DNA of 64,000 nucleotides from Eledone cirrhosa (lineage: Eukaryota): the NCBI GenBank assembly GCA_964016885.1, contig OZ024743.1:220596001-220660000 (forward strand), in the 5' to 3' direction. A program made the translations under genes and the position numbers. A model generated the notes under the pieces. That model saw nothing but the letters and a program-made list of their open reading frames with translations, made no database searches and was not told where the DNA came from. Shown in pieces: positions 14,368-30,098 of the stretch (position 1 is its first letter; each line of letters begins with the position of its first letter).

Positions 14368-17300
14368 ATGGCCAATATAAGAGTTGGATGTGTGAACGTA
14401 CACGGCCTGGGGATGCCCTGGAAACAGGGCAAACTCTTAAACGACCTCAGGTCGCACAGTATGGATGTGGTAGCCATTTGCGAGTCCAGGATCCACAGCG
14501 AGCGACAGCTGGCCCCCATCTTCGATGACTTTGAGATCTACGCATCTCTCTGTCAACCGGGGGGTGGGGGCGGAGTTGCCGTTTTGCTGCGGAAACACCT
14601 GGGCCTCGTTACACAGACGGTACATCTGGACCCGGAGGGTCGAATGGTGGTCCTAGACGTTGACGGTATTGAAGGTGGAGCATTCAGGCTGGTGGCCGCA
14701 TGTGCCCCATCCGGGACACCGCGGCCAGACTTCTTCAAACGTCTAGAGACTTTTCTGGGAACGTCCCGCTCCTTGGTTTTAGTGGGGGACTGGAATGGAA
14801 TCCTAGATGCACGTTGGGACTATGTGGGAGCATGTCCCGATAAGGGGGGGGGGGTGTAACAGCCTCAAACAGTTAATCGACCGATTTGACCTGGCCGATA
14901 GATATCGACTAGATTTTCCGACTGCGCCACTGTGGACGTGGAGTAATCATAGCGGAACATCTAGATCGTACCTAGATAGGGTTCTAGTTAGAAATAAGGA
15001 TAGGGACATGTTAAGCTGTCCACAAATGTTCATGGTTGCCTATTCAGATCACAAACTAGTGACCTGCATGGCCAACCTTGATAGAACCCATAGACAAGGA
15101 CCCGGCTACTGGAAGCTGAACTTGTCGTTACCGACAAGCAAAGCCTACAGAAGACGGATTAGCACTTTAGTTAAACAGCACTTGATAGGGGCCATTGTCA
15201 ACAACAGATGGTGGTACTCTCTCAAGAGGGCAGTTATATTAGACTCGATAGTTTTTAGTAAAGAATTAGCGTTAGATAGAAATAGAACTGAGAAGGAACT
15301 GGTAGATAAAGTAGAAGAGGCAATTAGAAGTGGCAACGTAGCCAGCGTGCTAGCAACGAGAACGGCCTTGGACCAGTTCTTCGACGCAAAGCACGAGGGC
15401 TGCGTTGTCAGAAGCAAAATACGTGCTATGGTAAACGAGGGAGCCAAAGCTGTTAGCTGGGCCCGAGTGACGGAGGCAAAAAGTGGCAACAAGTCCACGA
15501 TTCGGTCTTTGAAGGACCAAAACGGTCGCGTGATACGTGAGCCGAAGCAGATGTGTGCGGCCTTTCAGCGGCACTTTGCTCAACTGATCGGGAGGGGCGG
15601 CGCGCCGGGAGGGGCTATGGATTTCGGTCCATACCTCGACGACCTACCGCGACTCTCGGACAGCGAGGCAAAGTTCTGCGAAAAGCCGATTTCAGCCGCT
15701 GAGATAGGGGACGCGCTGAGCCAATGCGGCAAACGCAAATCTCCAGGCCTCGACGGTCTACCCTACGAATTTTACGTAGCAATGTCGGACTTATTTTCCG
15801 GTCTCCTGGAAGCGGTCTACTGGCAACAGAACGGGAGAATTCCCAGTTCTGTAACCGGGGCGTGGTCACACTAATCAGGAAGGACGAGAATAAGGGGGAT
15901 GACATAGGCAACTTCCGGCCCATAACTCTGCTAAACACAGAGTTACAGATTTTGGCCAAGGTGTTGGCAAAGAGGCTGGCGCTTGTCGTCGAGAACCTGG
16001 TGGGAGAAGCGCAGACATGCGCAATCCCGACCAGGTCCATACACGACAACCTCCACCTCATGCGATACATCATAGAGAGGGTAGGGTGTAAACCCGGCTT
16101 CGGTGGGGCCCTGATCAACTTGGATCAGTCTAAGGCTTTCGATAGGGTTGACCATCGTTACCTGGATGCGGTGCTCGAGGCGGCAGGCTTCGGACCCGTG
16201 TTCAGGGGCTGGATTGCTGCAATGCACAACAGCAACATCTGCTCAAGAGTCAAGGTGAACGGCTACCTCTCGGAGCCGTTCCATATTACGCGATCAATTC
16301 GACAGGGATGGCCTCTATCCTCCCTTCTGTACGTACTGACTCTCGAGCCACTACTGCGGAAGTTGGAGCTATTGCAGGGCATCCCTCTGGAACCGGGAGT
16401 GCGGAAAGCGGCGTCGGCCTACACCGACGACGTGTCAGTAATGGTGTCGAGCGCCTCGCAAATCGAGGAAGTCGGCACCTTACTGAAGGAATACGAAAGT
16501 TTTACAGGAGCGAAGCTGAACCGGGACAAGTCCATCGGTTTGCAACTCGGATCGTGGAGAAGCAAACCGATGCCTTCCGATGGCGTCGTCGGACGCTGAC
16601 GGAAGGACCGGTAAAGCTGCTCGGGGTCTGGTTTGGTCCGGACCTCCAGGTGGAGAAGAACTGGAACGAAGTGACGGCCAAGGTGTTTGCACTCACCCAG
16701 AAGTGGGCCGAGTGCAAACTATCCTTGAAAGGTCGAGCGGAGGTGGCGAACACCTTTATAGCGTCCGTCATCTACTATCGCTTGACCGTCGTGCCTTGTC
16801 CAGCCAAAACGCTCGCCAAAATGGAGCGCGCGCTCTTCCAATTCCTTTGGAAGAGGCGGGCTCCTTTGGTGAGAAGATCCATCTGCTGCCAACACCCTTC
16901 TAACGGAGGGCTGGGGATGCCGTGGTTGACGATGCGCAAACACGCGCTCAGGCTCCGGCATCTCTACGTATTCCTCACCGGATAACCGGTGTGGGCGCCG
17001 TTCGTGAGGCGAGCCTCCCCACGACTCGTCTCGCTGACCGAGCTGCAGTCCTGGGTCAAGCAAAGACCGAGGAAAATGGGCGACTGGCACATCGAATGTG
17101 CTCAGGCGCTCACAGCCCTCTGGCAGGCAGACCTGGCGATCAGTGGAGAATCCACTTCGTCATTCGAAAGAGGGTTGATCCGCAGCAAGTGCGACGACGC
17201 GCTCGGTGAAACTCTAGGCGTAGAGGAAGATGAACTGGCCAGTCTGTTCGGTAGGACCTTCCGCCCGGGACCGATGGACAACTTCCAAAAGTCCCTGGCC

Positions 17301-17801
17301 TGGCAGTGCTACCGAGGAGCTCTACCAGTTCGAGACAAGCTCTACAGACATGGGCGCCCGGGCAGGGACCCTGCAAAAAAGATCTGTCCGAGGTGCGTGC
17401 GAGACGAAGAAACCGTCGCGCACACATTCATACACTGCCCGGGCGTCACTGACCTGTGAGGCTATGTAGAACGACTATCGTCGCGGGTGGGACCAATCCG
17501 GTTGACCACCGAGTCCATTGTCATGATCAAACCGCCACCCTCCTTCAAAAACGAAGGAGAGGCGGTTTTCCTTTGTGTGATAGCTATGGCGAAAGAGGTT
17601 GTATGGTGGACAAGGTTGAAAGGGCTGAGGTCAGACACCTTTCTCTCCGGCCAACAACTGATTCTTTTTTTCAAATACCACTTTGGAAGAAGAATCAGGA
17701 TGGAGAGAGAGGTGCTGTACCCCAGCAAGTTTTATGAAAGGTGGGTGAAAGTGGCGCGAATGGCCCGAGTGAATGGGCCTTCTCTCTATATCAGCCTGTA
17801 G
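14368..17801 (+). pseudogene. Tx1-type ORF2 (AP endonuclease-reverse transcriptase), several frameshifts and stops
   Basis: CVNVHGL, AICES, VGDWN, YLDRV, SDHK, GYWKLN, KSPGLDGLPYEFY, FRPITLLN, LDQSKAFDRVDH, RQGWPLS, YTDD, GGLGMP, CPRC..ETVAHTFIHC. Confidence 0.95.
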
Positions 17802-18046
17802 GTTGAGGAAAAGGAGGAGGAGAGGAAAGGAGTACAAACTCTTCGTACTCCTGGAGATGAGGGTTGCACATTTTTTCGGGGGTATGTGTTACCCATATAA
17901 ACTGTCTCCCCCTATTGGGGAAAATCGACTAACTTTTTAAATTACATTTGTGATATCATTTTACACGTTTTTATTGCATGTAAACTTCCCCCTTTGTATT
18001 TGTCCCCTTCTTTTGTGCCCCTGTGGCTAATAAATAAACATATCTA

Positions 18047-18079
<33 letters not shown>

Positions 18080-19349
18080 GTATACATATGTACGCATATA
18101 TTTCGGTAAAATTCTGCACACTGTCGAAAATTATTCCATTGCAAAACAGTCTCCGTTAATTACAACTGACACTGCACAGTATATCACTTTTAAATATATA
18201 AATAAATAAAATATCATAGTTTTTTTTCCGGTTTTCTCTTCACATATGTAGCCGCACATGATCGGAGATATACGGTGAAGCAGCACCACGTCAGATGCAC
18301 CATGCCAGCTCTTTCATCAACATGACAAGCCTAGGAAACAGTGGGAAATCAAGAAACAAAAATGAATTCTTTTTTACAGTACATTTGACTATTCTGTTTT
18401 CTTATATCGTATTGTTTTCTATATATTAGACAAATACACGTATATCTCTCTGTTATGACCTCAAACCTGACCTATGTTATGTGGGTTTTTTTTAGTATTC
18501 CTTTTCTAATCAGATAGACTCGTAATTTCTATTCTTGTCAGATCACTAAATTTCGGAAAGGTAACATCGTCGGATCACATGGAAACAACAGTTTCATATC
18601 TATCACGAGACGATAATAAGAAATCTTTTCCATGTAATGTGTGATATAGGCATCACATCATGAGTTTACCATGATACTATGATTTTCATACATACATCTA
18701 ACTATAGTATAGATTCCGACAAAAATTATAAACATGTACCAGATATTTATTAATATATCTTATCCTTTCATTCAGATATTTACGTATTAGAGACAGTTAA
18801 TTTTATAGAGTTATAAATTAATATTGACTGCTCCATCATTGTTGAGCTGATTAAAACGGTTTTGGCTGCTATTTCCAGTGTCAATATAAGCCATTCGTAT
18901 AGTCCTAATACATTAAGTAGAAAATATTAATACAATAATTCATCGTTGGAACACGTTGTTCACCATGTAGTGCACTGGCAGCATGGTATGTATGATATAT
19001 ATTTAACTTGTCCTCTTGGGTGGAATATATTTATATAGTAATTCAACAATACAACACCTTGTTCACCATGCAGTCTACCAATGAAATGGTATATATCACG
19101 CATGAGTCACTTATGTGTTGTCTGACGGCCGCACACGACAACTAATTCTGCACACTACAAATAATTAAAGTCACCTAATAAAATTTATTGCAGAAAAATT
19201 TGTTACTTAGATTTAGAAACATACAATGTACATACAAATATTTTAGCAGCAAAGTAATGAAGTGGTTTGACAAAAAACTAATATTTTAAATGGAAACATA
19301 CTTGCAGCTTGCAACAGTAACAAATACATTGTACACAAATTACAACAGT

Positions 19350-21160
19350 TCAACCATTTTTAGTGTTTTGTCCTGAGGCTTGATATCTCTTTTTGTTGAC
19401 AATGTTTGGTATGTCTGGCTGAAATGTCTGTACAGTTTCGATTTTGATCAGGAATGACAAGTGTGGATCAGTCAGCCTTGTTCTCTGAGAATGTTTTGTT
19501 AATTTCATGAAGGAAAATAACAGTTCACACACATAGGTAGAACCAAACATTGCCATAATCTTTGTAGCAAACTTTCTGAAGTTTTTAAACTTTTCAGGAA
19601 GGTATGAAAAGAAATCAGGTATCCCCACTTCAAGATACTTTGCTTTGAATGTAGAATCTGACTGCATTTCCAATAGTTCCATCTGCAGGCTTTCTTCTGC
19701 CTTGGCAACACCAGAGGTGAATGGTGCTGAGAATAATGCAAACTGATGTTCAAAAGATGAGAAATCACAAAATCTTTCCTGAAATTCCTTTGACAACAAT
19801 TCCAGGTGACTGTCATACTTAGCAAAGCTAAGTACAGAATCAGTATTGACAGTGTTTTTCTGCTCTTTGCACGTAGAGAAATGAATTAAATTTTCATTTA
19901 ACAATTGTGACTTCCATAAGTTTAGTTTTCTAATGAAGCACTTGATGTCATCATACAACTGAGTGATGAGTTTGTTTTTACCTTGTAATTTCAAATTAAG
20001 ATCAGTTAATTGTGCAGTAATATACACAGCATAAGCCAGATCTTGGAGCCAACTTTCATCTTTCATTTTATCTTTGTTTTGACCTTTCATTTCCCAAAAC
20101 ATAATTATTTCTTGTCTCAACAAATAGAATCTTTTCAGCACTTTGTCACGTAACAACCAGAAGACTTCTGTGTAGAATGGAACATCGGTGAACTGATTAT
20201 CCATATCTTCCAACAGTGGCTGAACTGATGGCGGTTGAGAGCACGGCCTCAAATATAGTTCACTGTCTTGGTGACCAAGCGAAGCACATGATGCAATTTT
20301 AAAATCTTTGAACACAAATTTTGCTGATGAATAATACAGTGAAAATGTGCAAATGATGAATCTGGATGCAAGTTTTCTATTTTTGTTCGTAACTTGGTAG
20401 TAACACCATTATGTCTGCCAATCATATTCGCAGCATCGTCAGTTTACTCAAATCAAAACCATAGTCATACAGAACCTGCTCGACCTTTTCAAAGATGTCC
20501 TGGCTTGTTATAGTGTCATGCATCGGGACCAGTTCAATCAGTTCTTCATAAATATTAAATTCACTGTCACAGGCCCTGATGAAGAATGCAACCCGTGCTA
20601 TTCCAGTGATGTCAATGGTCTCATCAATAACAATAGAAAAATGTTCAAACCTTGATGATACAGTCTTCAACTGTTGTTTCAGATCACCTGACCTTTCATC
20701 AATCCGTTCAGCAACAGTGTTCCTGGTTAATGAAATGTCTTTGAATAAATGAGTTTTCTCTGAAGATACAATTTCAGCTCTTTTTAAAAGGCATTGCTTT
20801 ACAAAATCTCCTTCACTGTAAGATTTCCCACTCATGGTGATCATTCGGAGTTCATAGCTTGCAGTAACGGAAGTGACATTCCCTTCCTGAATTTACATAA
20901 ATCAGGTCTGTTGCTGTGTCAAGTTAGCCTTCAATTCCTTGAGTCTTGAAACACGCATTGGGCCTTCATATTTATCGTTAGATCGATGGTTCGTTTCATA
21001 ATGCCTTTTCAAATTGTACTCTTTTGGCATGACGATGCAGTTGTTGCAAATTAAACAGTGTATCTTTCCGTTCACCGTTGTGCAAAAATACTGTAATTCC
21101 CACTTTTCTTGAAACACTCGCCCTTCTTCGTTCAATTTCTTTTTCCTCTTAGCTAGCCAT
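19350..21160 (-). pseudogene. hAT transposase, GTF2IRD2/SPIN/Charlie-like, frameshifted
   Basis: RVFQEKWELQYF...CLICNNCIVMPKEYNLKRHYETNH (BED-like finger); SLTRNTVAERI; FSIVIDETIDITG; DLNLKLQGKN; MFGSTYVCELLFSFMK...RTRLTD (hATC domain). Confidence 0.93.
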
Positions 21161-21333
21161 TTTAAAAGAAAACACTCCTTTTGAAATTTTGAAAGAAAGT
21201 TTTCTGTTTACAACTGTTAGGGTAGTAGAGTGGGAAATATATATATATATCTTTCTCTTGGTGATATTTGAATCTAGAACGACTTGGGTTTAACTTATTC
21301 AGGTCAGTCAGATTCAAACATATAACGAATAGC

Positions 21334-21381
<48 letters not shown>

Positions 21382-21518
21382 GGGGGGGGGGGGGTTATAT
21401 TACGAAGATAAAACCAAAAAGAAATTTCGATACGATTGTTTGTTTGTTTTTTTGTGCTATTTTTGTCAACTACTTTATATTACGAAGATAAAACATGCTC
21501 GCGCTGTAAAAACCTTTG

Positions 21519-21544
21519 TGCGGGCCGCATGTTCGACTTGCCTG

Positions 21545-21552
<8 letters not shown>
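21519..21552 (-). mobile_element. hAT 5' terminal inverted repeat (CAGGCAAGTCGAACATGCGGCCCGCA) and adjacent 8-bp target GTCTAGAT
   Basis: CAGG terminus with TGCGGCCCG subterminal motif typical of Charlie/Buster-type hATs; flank fits the NTCTAGAN target preference; opposite TIR not found. Confidence 0.75.
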
Positions 21553-23878
<2,326 letters not shown>

Positions 23879-23976
23879 AATTCTTCCAATAATTTGCTGT
23901 TCCTACGTCTTGGAATGGCTGATGATGTATATTGAGGTCCAGAAAACATAGTCGGGGTATTATATATATATATAGA

Positions 23977-24060
<84 letters not shown>

Positions 24061-24061
<1 letters not shown>

Positions 24062-24172
24062 CAAAGTAATTGTGGTAAGGAACCAGATGGACCATAACGC
24101 ACCAGAGTACTCAATCCAGAAATAGCCGTCGAAACGGCTTGAGCTCTGCCGTCGGGGTCATACTTTTTCCTA
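24061..24172. mobile_element. PLE-like family B, antisense tail fused to sense HHR half, in (TA)n
   Basis: 24061-24114 is the reverse complement of 53519-53573; 24115-24172 matches 53438-53495. Confidence 0.65.
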
Positions 24173-24186
24173 ATATATATATATAT

Positions 24187-25120
24187 ATATCAACTAGAAA
24201 TAGATTGACATATATATATATATATAAATAAAATAAACATATGGAACAATCACAGGGAATAATTTGTAAAGTGTATAAGCACACATAGCTAGGTAGGTAA
24301 CTAATTAAAGATTAACTAGAACTTCAAATATAGATATCTTTTTAAATGATTAATCTCCTTTGTATATATTTCTTTAAATAAAAAATATATTTCACCAATT
24401 AATCAGTAAATGACAGTAGTCAAATCCCGGATATTCACCAAAGGAGAAGATCCAACCATCTGCGTTTACATAGCAAATGCATATCTGTGAATGACTCGTA
24501 CATCGTGTTGCATTTTTTAAAAAATACACACATCGCACAGCGTCATCCCAGTGGCGTGAATAAAATTATCGACAGCTAGAAATAGCAGCCGAGTCCATTC
24601 AACTGAGTTAGCTCTACAATTAAGGAGCTGTATATATATCCAAAAGACGTGACAACCCTTAATTTAATTTTGGATATATATATACGCCGCCTTAATTGTA
24701 GAGCTAACTCAGTTGAATGGACTTGACTGCTATTTCTAGCTGTCGATAATCCTATTCACGCCACTGGGATGACGTTGTGCGATGTGTGTATTTTTTAAAA
24801 AATGCAACACGATGTACGATTCATTAACAGATTTGCTTTTGCTGTGTAAACGCAGATAGTTATTTCTTCTCCTTTGGTGACCATCCAGGATTTGACTACT
24901 GTCATTTACTGATTAATTGGTGAAATATATTTTTTATTTAAAGAAATATATACAAAGGAGATTAATCATTTTAAAAGGTATCTATATTTGAAGTTCTAGT
25001 TAACCTTTAATTAGTTACCTACCTAGCTATGTGTACTTATACACTTTACAAATTATTCCCTGTGATTGTTCCATATGTTTATTTTATATATATATATGTC
25101 AATCATTTTCTAGTTGATAT
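24187..25120. repeat. Long inverted repeat, ~455-bp arms, 22-nt loop
   Basis: 24187-24645 versus 24668-25120 are reverse complements with scattered mismatches. Confidence 0.95.
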
Positions 25121-25213
25121 AAAATGCTCGGATCTATTCATTGGAATCTGTGAGCTTATTCTGCAGTAGATATGGCGCATATCTCTCAGACATGACAACC
25201 CTTAATTTAATTT

Positions 25214-25275
<62 letters not shown>

Positions 25276-25289
25276 CGTATATATATATG

Positions 25290-25320
<31 letters not shown>

Positions 25321-25508
25321 ATGTTTGTGTGTGTGTATGTTTATGTGTATATAGGAGGATTGTCAAAACAAAATAACATTGCACCTAAATGCCTATCTGA
25401 TGACAATAACTGTTACAGACAACTTAAATTAGATATCTTTGAAATGAGCATAGCAATATGATGTCATAAAGATATGACATATATATGCTGACGTATATAT
25501 ATATATAT

Positions 25509-25604
<96 letters not shown>

Positions 25605-26289
25605 TTGCAGTATTCCAACAGCCGTTGGGTTTACTCAACATATGTTTTACACCACGGACATTTTCACGACAGCCAAAGTACGTTGATCTAGAAGAAGACG
25701 CAAAAACTATAAAAAATAATATAATAGACAAACAAAAGCTATAAGTTTGTAGAGCATAACCGTTACAACGTCGATTCCCATAATAATAATGAGAAAAAAA
25801 TATCCTCTTCAACGCCGTTTGTTTCGTTTCTTCTATATAACTGGTAGATGGTCGTATATCAATATTACTCTTCCTCAGATGAAAGCGAAATAATTAAGTA
25901 GGGAAATGTTAAGAACTTTATTTCGACAGAAAAAAAAATTGTCAGATCTTGAGAATAATCAATATTCGTAGATGCAACATCTTCACTTCACTTCATTAAT
26001 TGTTTACATCACTTCATTAATTTTCAGGTGTTATCTTTCTGAAACACTGACTTTGCCAATATTTTTTTCTTCCCCTGTTATACTTGTACACATAAGAACA
26101 ACGCCAAACAACATACAATGAGGTAGGCTGAAAATAATAAATTATTTCTTCGTAACAACGTGCTAGTTTTCTGTTCAGACCTAGTAAGGTTTGTCCTTTT
26201 ATTTTTTCCTTTGAGATCTCAGCCTAAAATTTTATTTCTATAAACTGCTCATGTATGTATTGACCCGTAATTCCCGATGGAGTTATAAG

Positions 26290-26780
<491 letters not shown>

Positions 26781-27934
26781 ATCAGGACTTCTTATGGTTA
26801 GCATCATTCCACGCGGCTCTCCTCCTACACCGGCCCATTGTCAAACTTTTTTAGGCTGTCATGAAAGTTTGCTGCCCTTTTTATAAGTGACTTTGGAATG
26901 TTGAATTCAAATAGGGTACGAAGTCACGTTTTCGAAAATGTCATTTAATTGGTTCATCTCTATTTAGAATGTGTGGCCTATATTTACTGCTTTAACTTAA
27001 CCATGGATAATATCCACAATTTCTGAATAATAATGCATTAATAATTCTGGCATATGTGTATAATTTTGTATATATTTACACTATAAGGAAGTGTATGTGT
27101 GGAAGGCATATATTAAACGTAAACACAGTGAGATATTGGTAACATGACATACTACACATAAAATAATGTTTTTATGGTGACCATATCAACCATCAACTCA
27201 AATGAATTCAACCATTTAAATCACTAGTAAAATAATTAAAACCATCAAAATATTGTCATTAAATGTCTTAAAATCATTGCAACTGTACATGAAATTTGGT
27301 AAATCATATTTGTGCCGAAACCTGTACAGTTCATTTAGACGTTTTCTCTACTGCTATTTCTAGCATCATTATAAGCCCGTCACATTGTCTTAATATATAT
27401 GCGGTTTCGAGAACAAAATAGTCTGTATACTTTATGATCAATATCTCCTCTTGTTCCAAAGAATACTCCCCTGACGAAAAAACGATTTCTTCTAATATTG
27501 GTTATTCCATTGATTTGAAATGGCTGGTATTGTTTCTTTTGTTTTTGAAATCATTGTTTATATGAGTGAGACTTTCTTATTTTAGTCTGTCTGACTTATA
27601 CTCCCCTAAATAGAGTTTTGTTTAGCATAAGTTTAATATGTATGTGTGTATATATATATACATTTACATATATAAATTAAATATGTTTTCTATAGGAAGA
27701 TCGGATAGAAATCTATAAAAAAGCAACTATTATGTTTTCTTTGGATAATCATATTTGGCTATTATAAATCATTTGTTTCTTTCAAATGATTTGCCAAGAA
27801 TCTGTGACCTGAAGTCAACTAGTCAAAGACAAACCAGATTTGTCTTACTAAATTGCATTGAATAGAAACACTGTATAACAATAACCATGTTATTTCATAA
27901 CTATATATAACTACCAATATGAATGCGGCTGTCA

Positions 27935-28200
27935 TAGTGGTAACGTGTTTCGACGCACAATCGTAAGGTTATGAGTTCGATTTCTGACAACGCTTTGTAA
28001 TCGTAAATAATACACTTTATTTTACGTTGCTCCAGTCTACTGGGTTGGCAAAAATGCTTTGTACTTATAATACAAAGTATCTGCCTTGACACACATTATT
28101 TCACGTTGACATGCTCAGCTGGCATGCTCCCCGATATGCTCAGCTACTTGTACGTTAATTTAACGAACAGTCAATTGCGCTGTTCATACAGATGAGACTC
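27935..28200 (+). mobile_element. tRNA-derived SINE family 2 (related copies ~29400-29620, 41660-41910, 53665-53940, 54865-54970, 57880-58140, 58330-58530)
   Basis: A/B-box-like head (GTGGT...GAGTTCGATT) followed by ACACTTTATTT(C/T)ACGTTGCTCCAGTC body. Confidence 0.65.
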
Positions 28201-29879
28201 TGAAGGTAAGAAACGACGGAGGCCCAACCACCTACCAATACAGTCGAAGATTATTTATCTTATGATATTCATTCGAAAAATAAATTTCCAAATAAAAACA
28301 ATATGTTATATAAAAAGTGTGTGTGTGTGTGTGTTTATTACGTCACTTTTTCCATTCTTGCGCATGCACAATATCTGGGGCGTATTCTGTTATCACGGTC
28401 GTTGAAGAACAGAGTACGAGACTCCCGCTCCCGATGTGTGACCTTTATCCGTTGAAAGGTTATTACCAAGTAGCCATCGGTACATATTTTCGGCTGAGCG
28501 AACTTGGGTAACCTGTAAAGAAATACTTTGTTCAAGGACACAGCTTGTCGTCGGGCATGGGAATCAAACCTACCAGCTTAAAAACTTCAGCCCAACATCC
28601 TAAAGACTTGACAGCGCGTCTGCACAGGAGTCTTATATAAAAACATAATTGAAATGAAAGAGAGGCGCTGTAGAGAGAATGAGAAAAGGTGGAGAGGAAA
28701 GAGAAAGCGAGACAGAGAGAAAAAAAGAAAGAAAGAGAGAAAGCGAGAGGGAGAGAGATGGAATTATGAGAAGATTAATTTACATTATATATCTTTGTAA
28801 TCTATCTGATGTTCAAAAATGGAATCTGCACACTCTCATGTTTCAGATATCGATCAAGCAAGTGAATCATCAATTACACCTGGTAGAATTGTAAAGCAAT
28901 AGACAATCGATTATAATCTGATTGATGAAAATAAATAAATACGTAAATATAGATCAGTAGGGTTCGGGTTCTATAGAAATTAGAAAGATGAAGGGGCAAA
29001 CTAAGTCGATGATATGTAGACAAAAAAGGGAAAGGGACTTAACTCCCGATGGAGCCGCAAGAGCGCTGTACTGACACATGGCAAGTCTTCGGAATTTTGA
29101 ATATGGCGAATCCTATTTCTCCAAGTCTGAATCCCCAAAATATATTCTAGAGAATGAGAGAGAACGAAAGAAATCAATAGAAAATACAGAAAATGAGTCA
29201 GCCCCAGCATTGGATTGGATTTTTATTTATCGATCTCCAAAGGATGAAAGACAAAATTAACATCGCTAGGATTTGAACTTAGAGCATAGAGAGCTTAAAA
29301 ATATATCGAAGAGTTCAATCCGATTTCCTTACCATCTCTGCCAATTCGCCGTCTTAATGTAGATCAACGTAAATTCCAAACAAAATCTTGTGGTTGGTCA
29401 TTCCACAAACACGTGTACCATTGACGTAGTTCTCAAGGAAATTCAGACTCACGCAATGTATGTAACGTTTGGCCCTTTGAATTACAGGTGCTACATCTTT
29501 TCCAAACTACTAGGCTGGTGCGACATGAAATATTGGGTGTAGCACAAGGACACAAGGTGCTTCCGAGAGTTGAACTCCCGACGATATGACCATACACCAA
29601 ATACCCTAACCAGTAAACCAGGTTCTTTCATTTGGATGCAAGCTAAATAAACTTATTGAAAAGAAGCCAGTTCAAAGTGTCCATCTATATTTATACTGAA
29701 GGTATACGTCTGCTATGTTATATTCAAATGTGTGACAATGAAAATGGTAAAGGCATAGATATTTACTTGTTTAATCAACATACTTGAGAGGAACATAAGT
29801 TAATGGCGGTGGGGGTTAGAACGAGTTTTAAGGGATGTAAAGAAACGTAAAGGATTATACACACACACTGATATACACA

Positions 29880-29938
<59 letters not shown>

Positions 29939-30098
29939 TTAAGGATACTATTTATGGTTATGTATATACTAAAACTTTTTATAGTTATATATATATTTTA
30001 AACCCTAAACAGTGAAAGACAGTAATTTATTACTACCTTATTACCAGTAAGATAAATAGCTCAATGTAATAACATCAGTTGTTCTACAGAGCAATTAT

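Larger units (their letters stand above)
12201..18039 (+). mobile_element. Near-full-length L1/Tx1-clade LINE, disrupted
   Basis: 5' UTR, ORF1 with CCHC knuckle, ORF2 with APE endonuclease, RT and C-terminal Zn motif, 3' UTR ending AATAAATAAA. Confidence 0.92.

Noticed and set aside
19350-21160. Domesticated GTF2IRD2/EPM2AIP1-like host gene
   Set aside because: Multiple frameshifts plus a retained TIR and target site indicate a dead transposon copy
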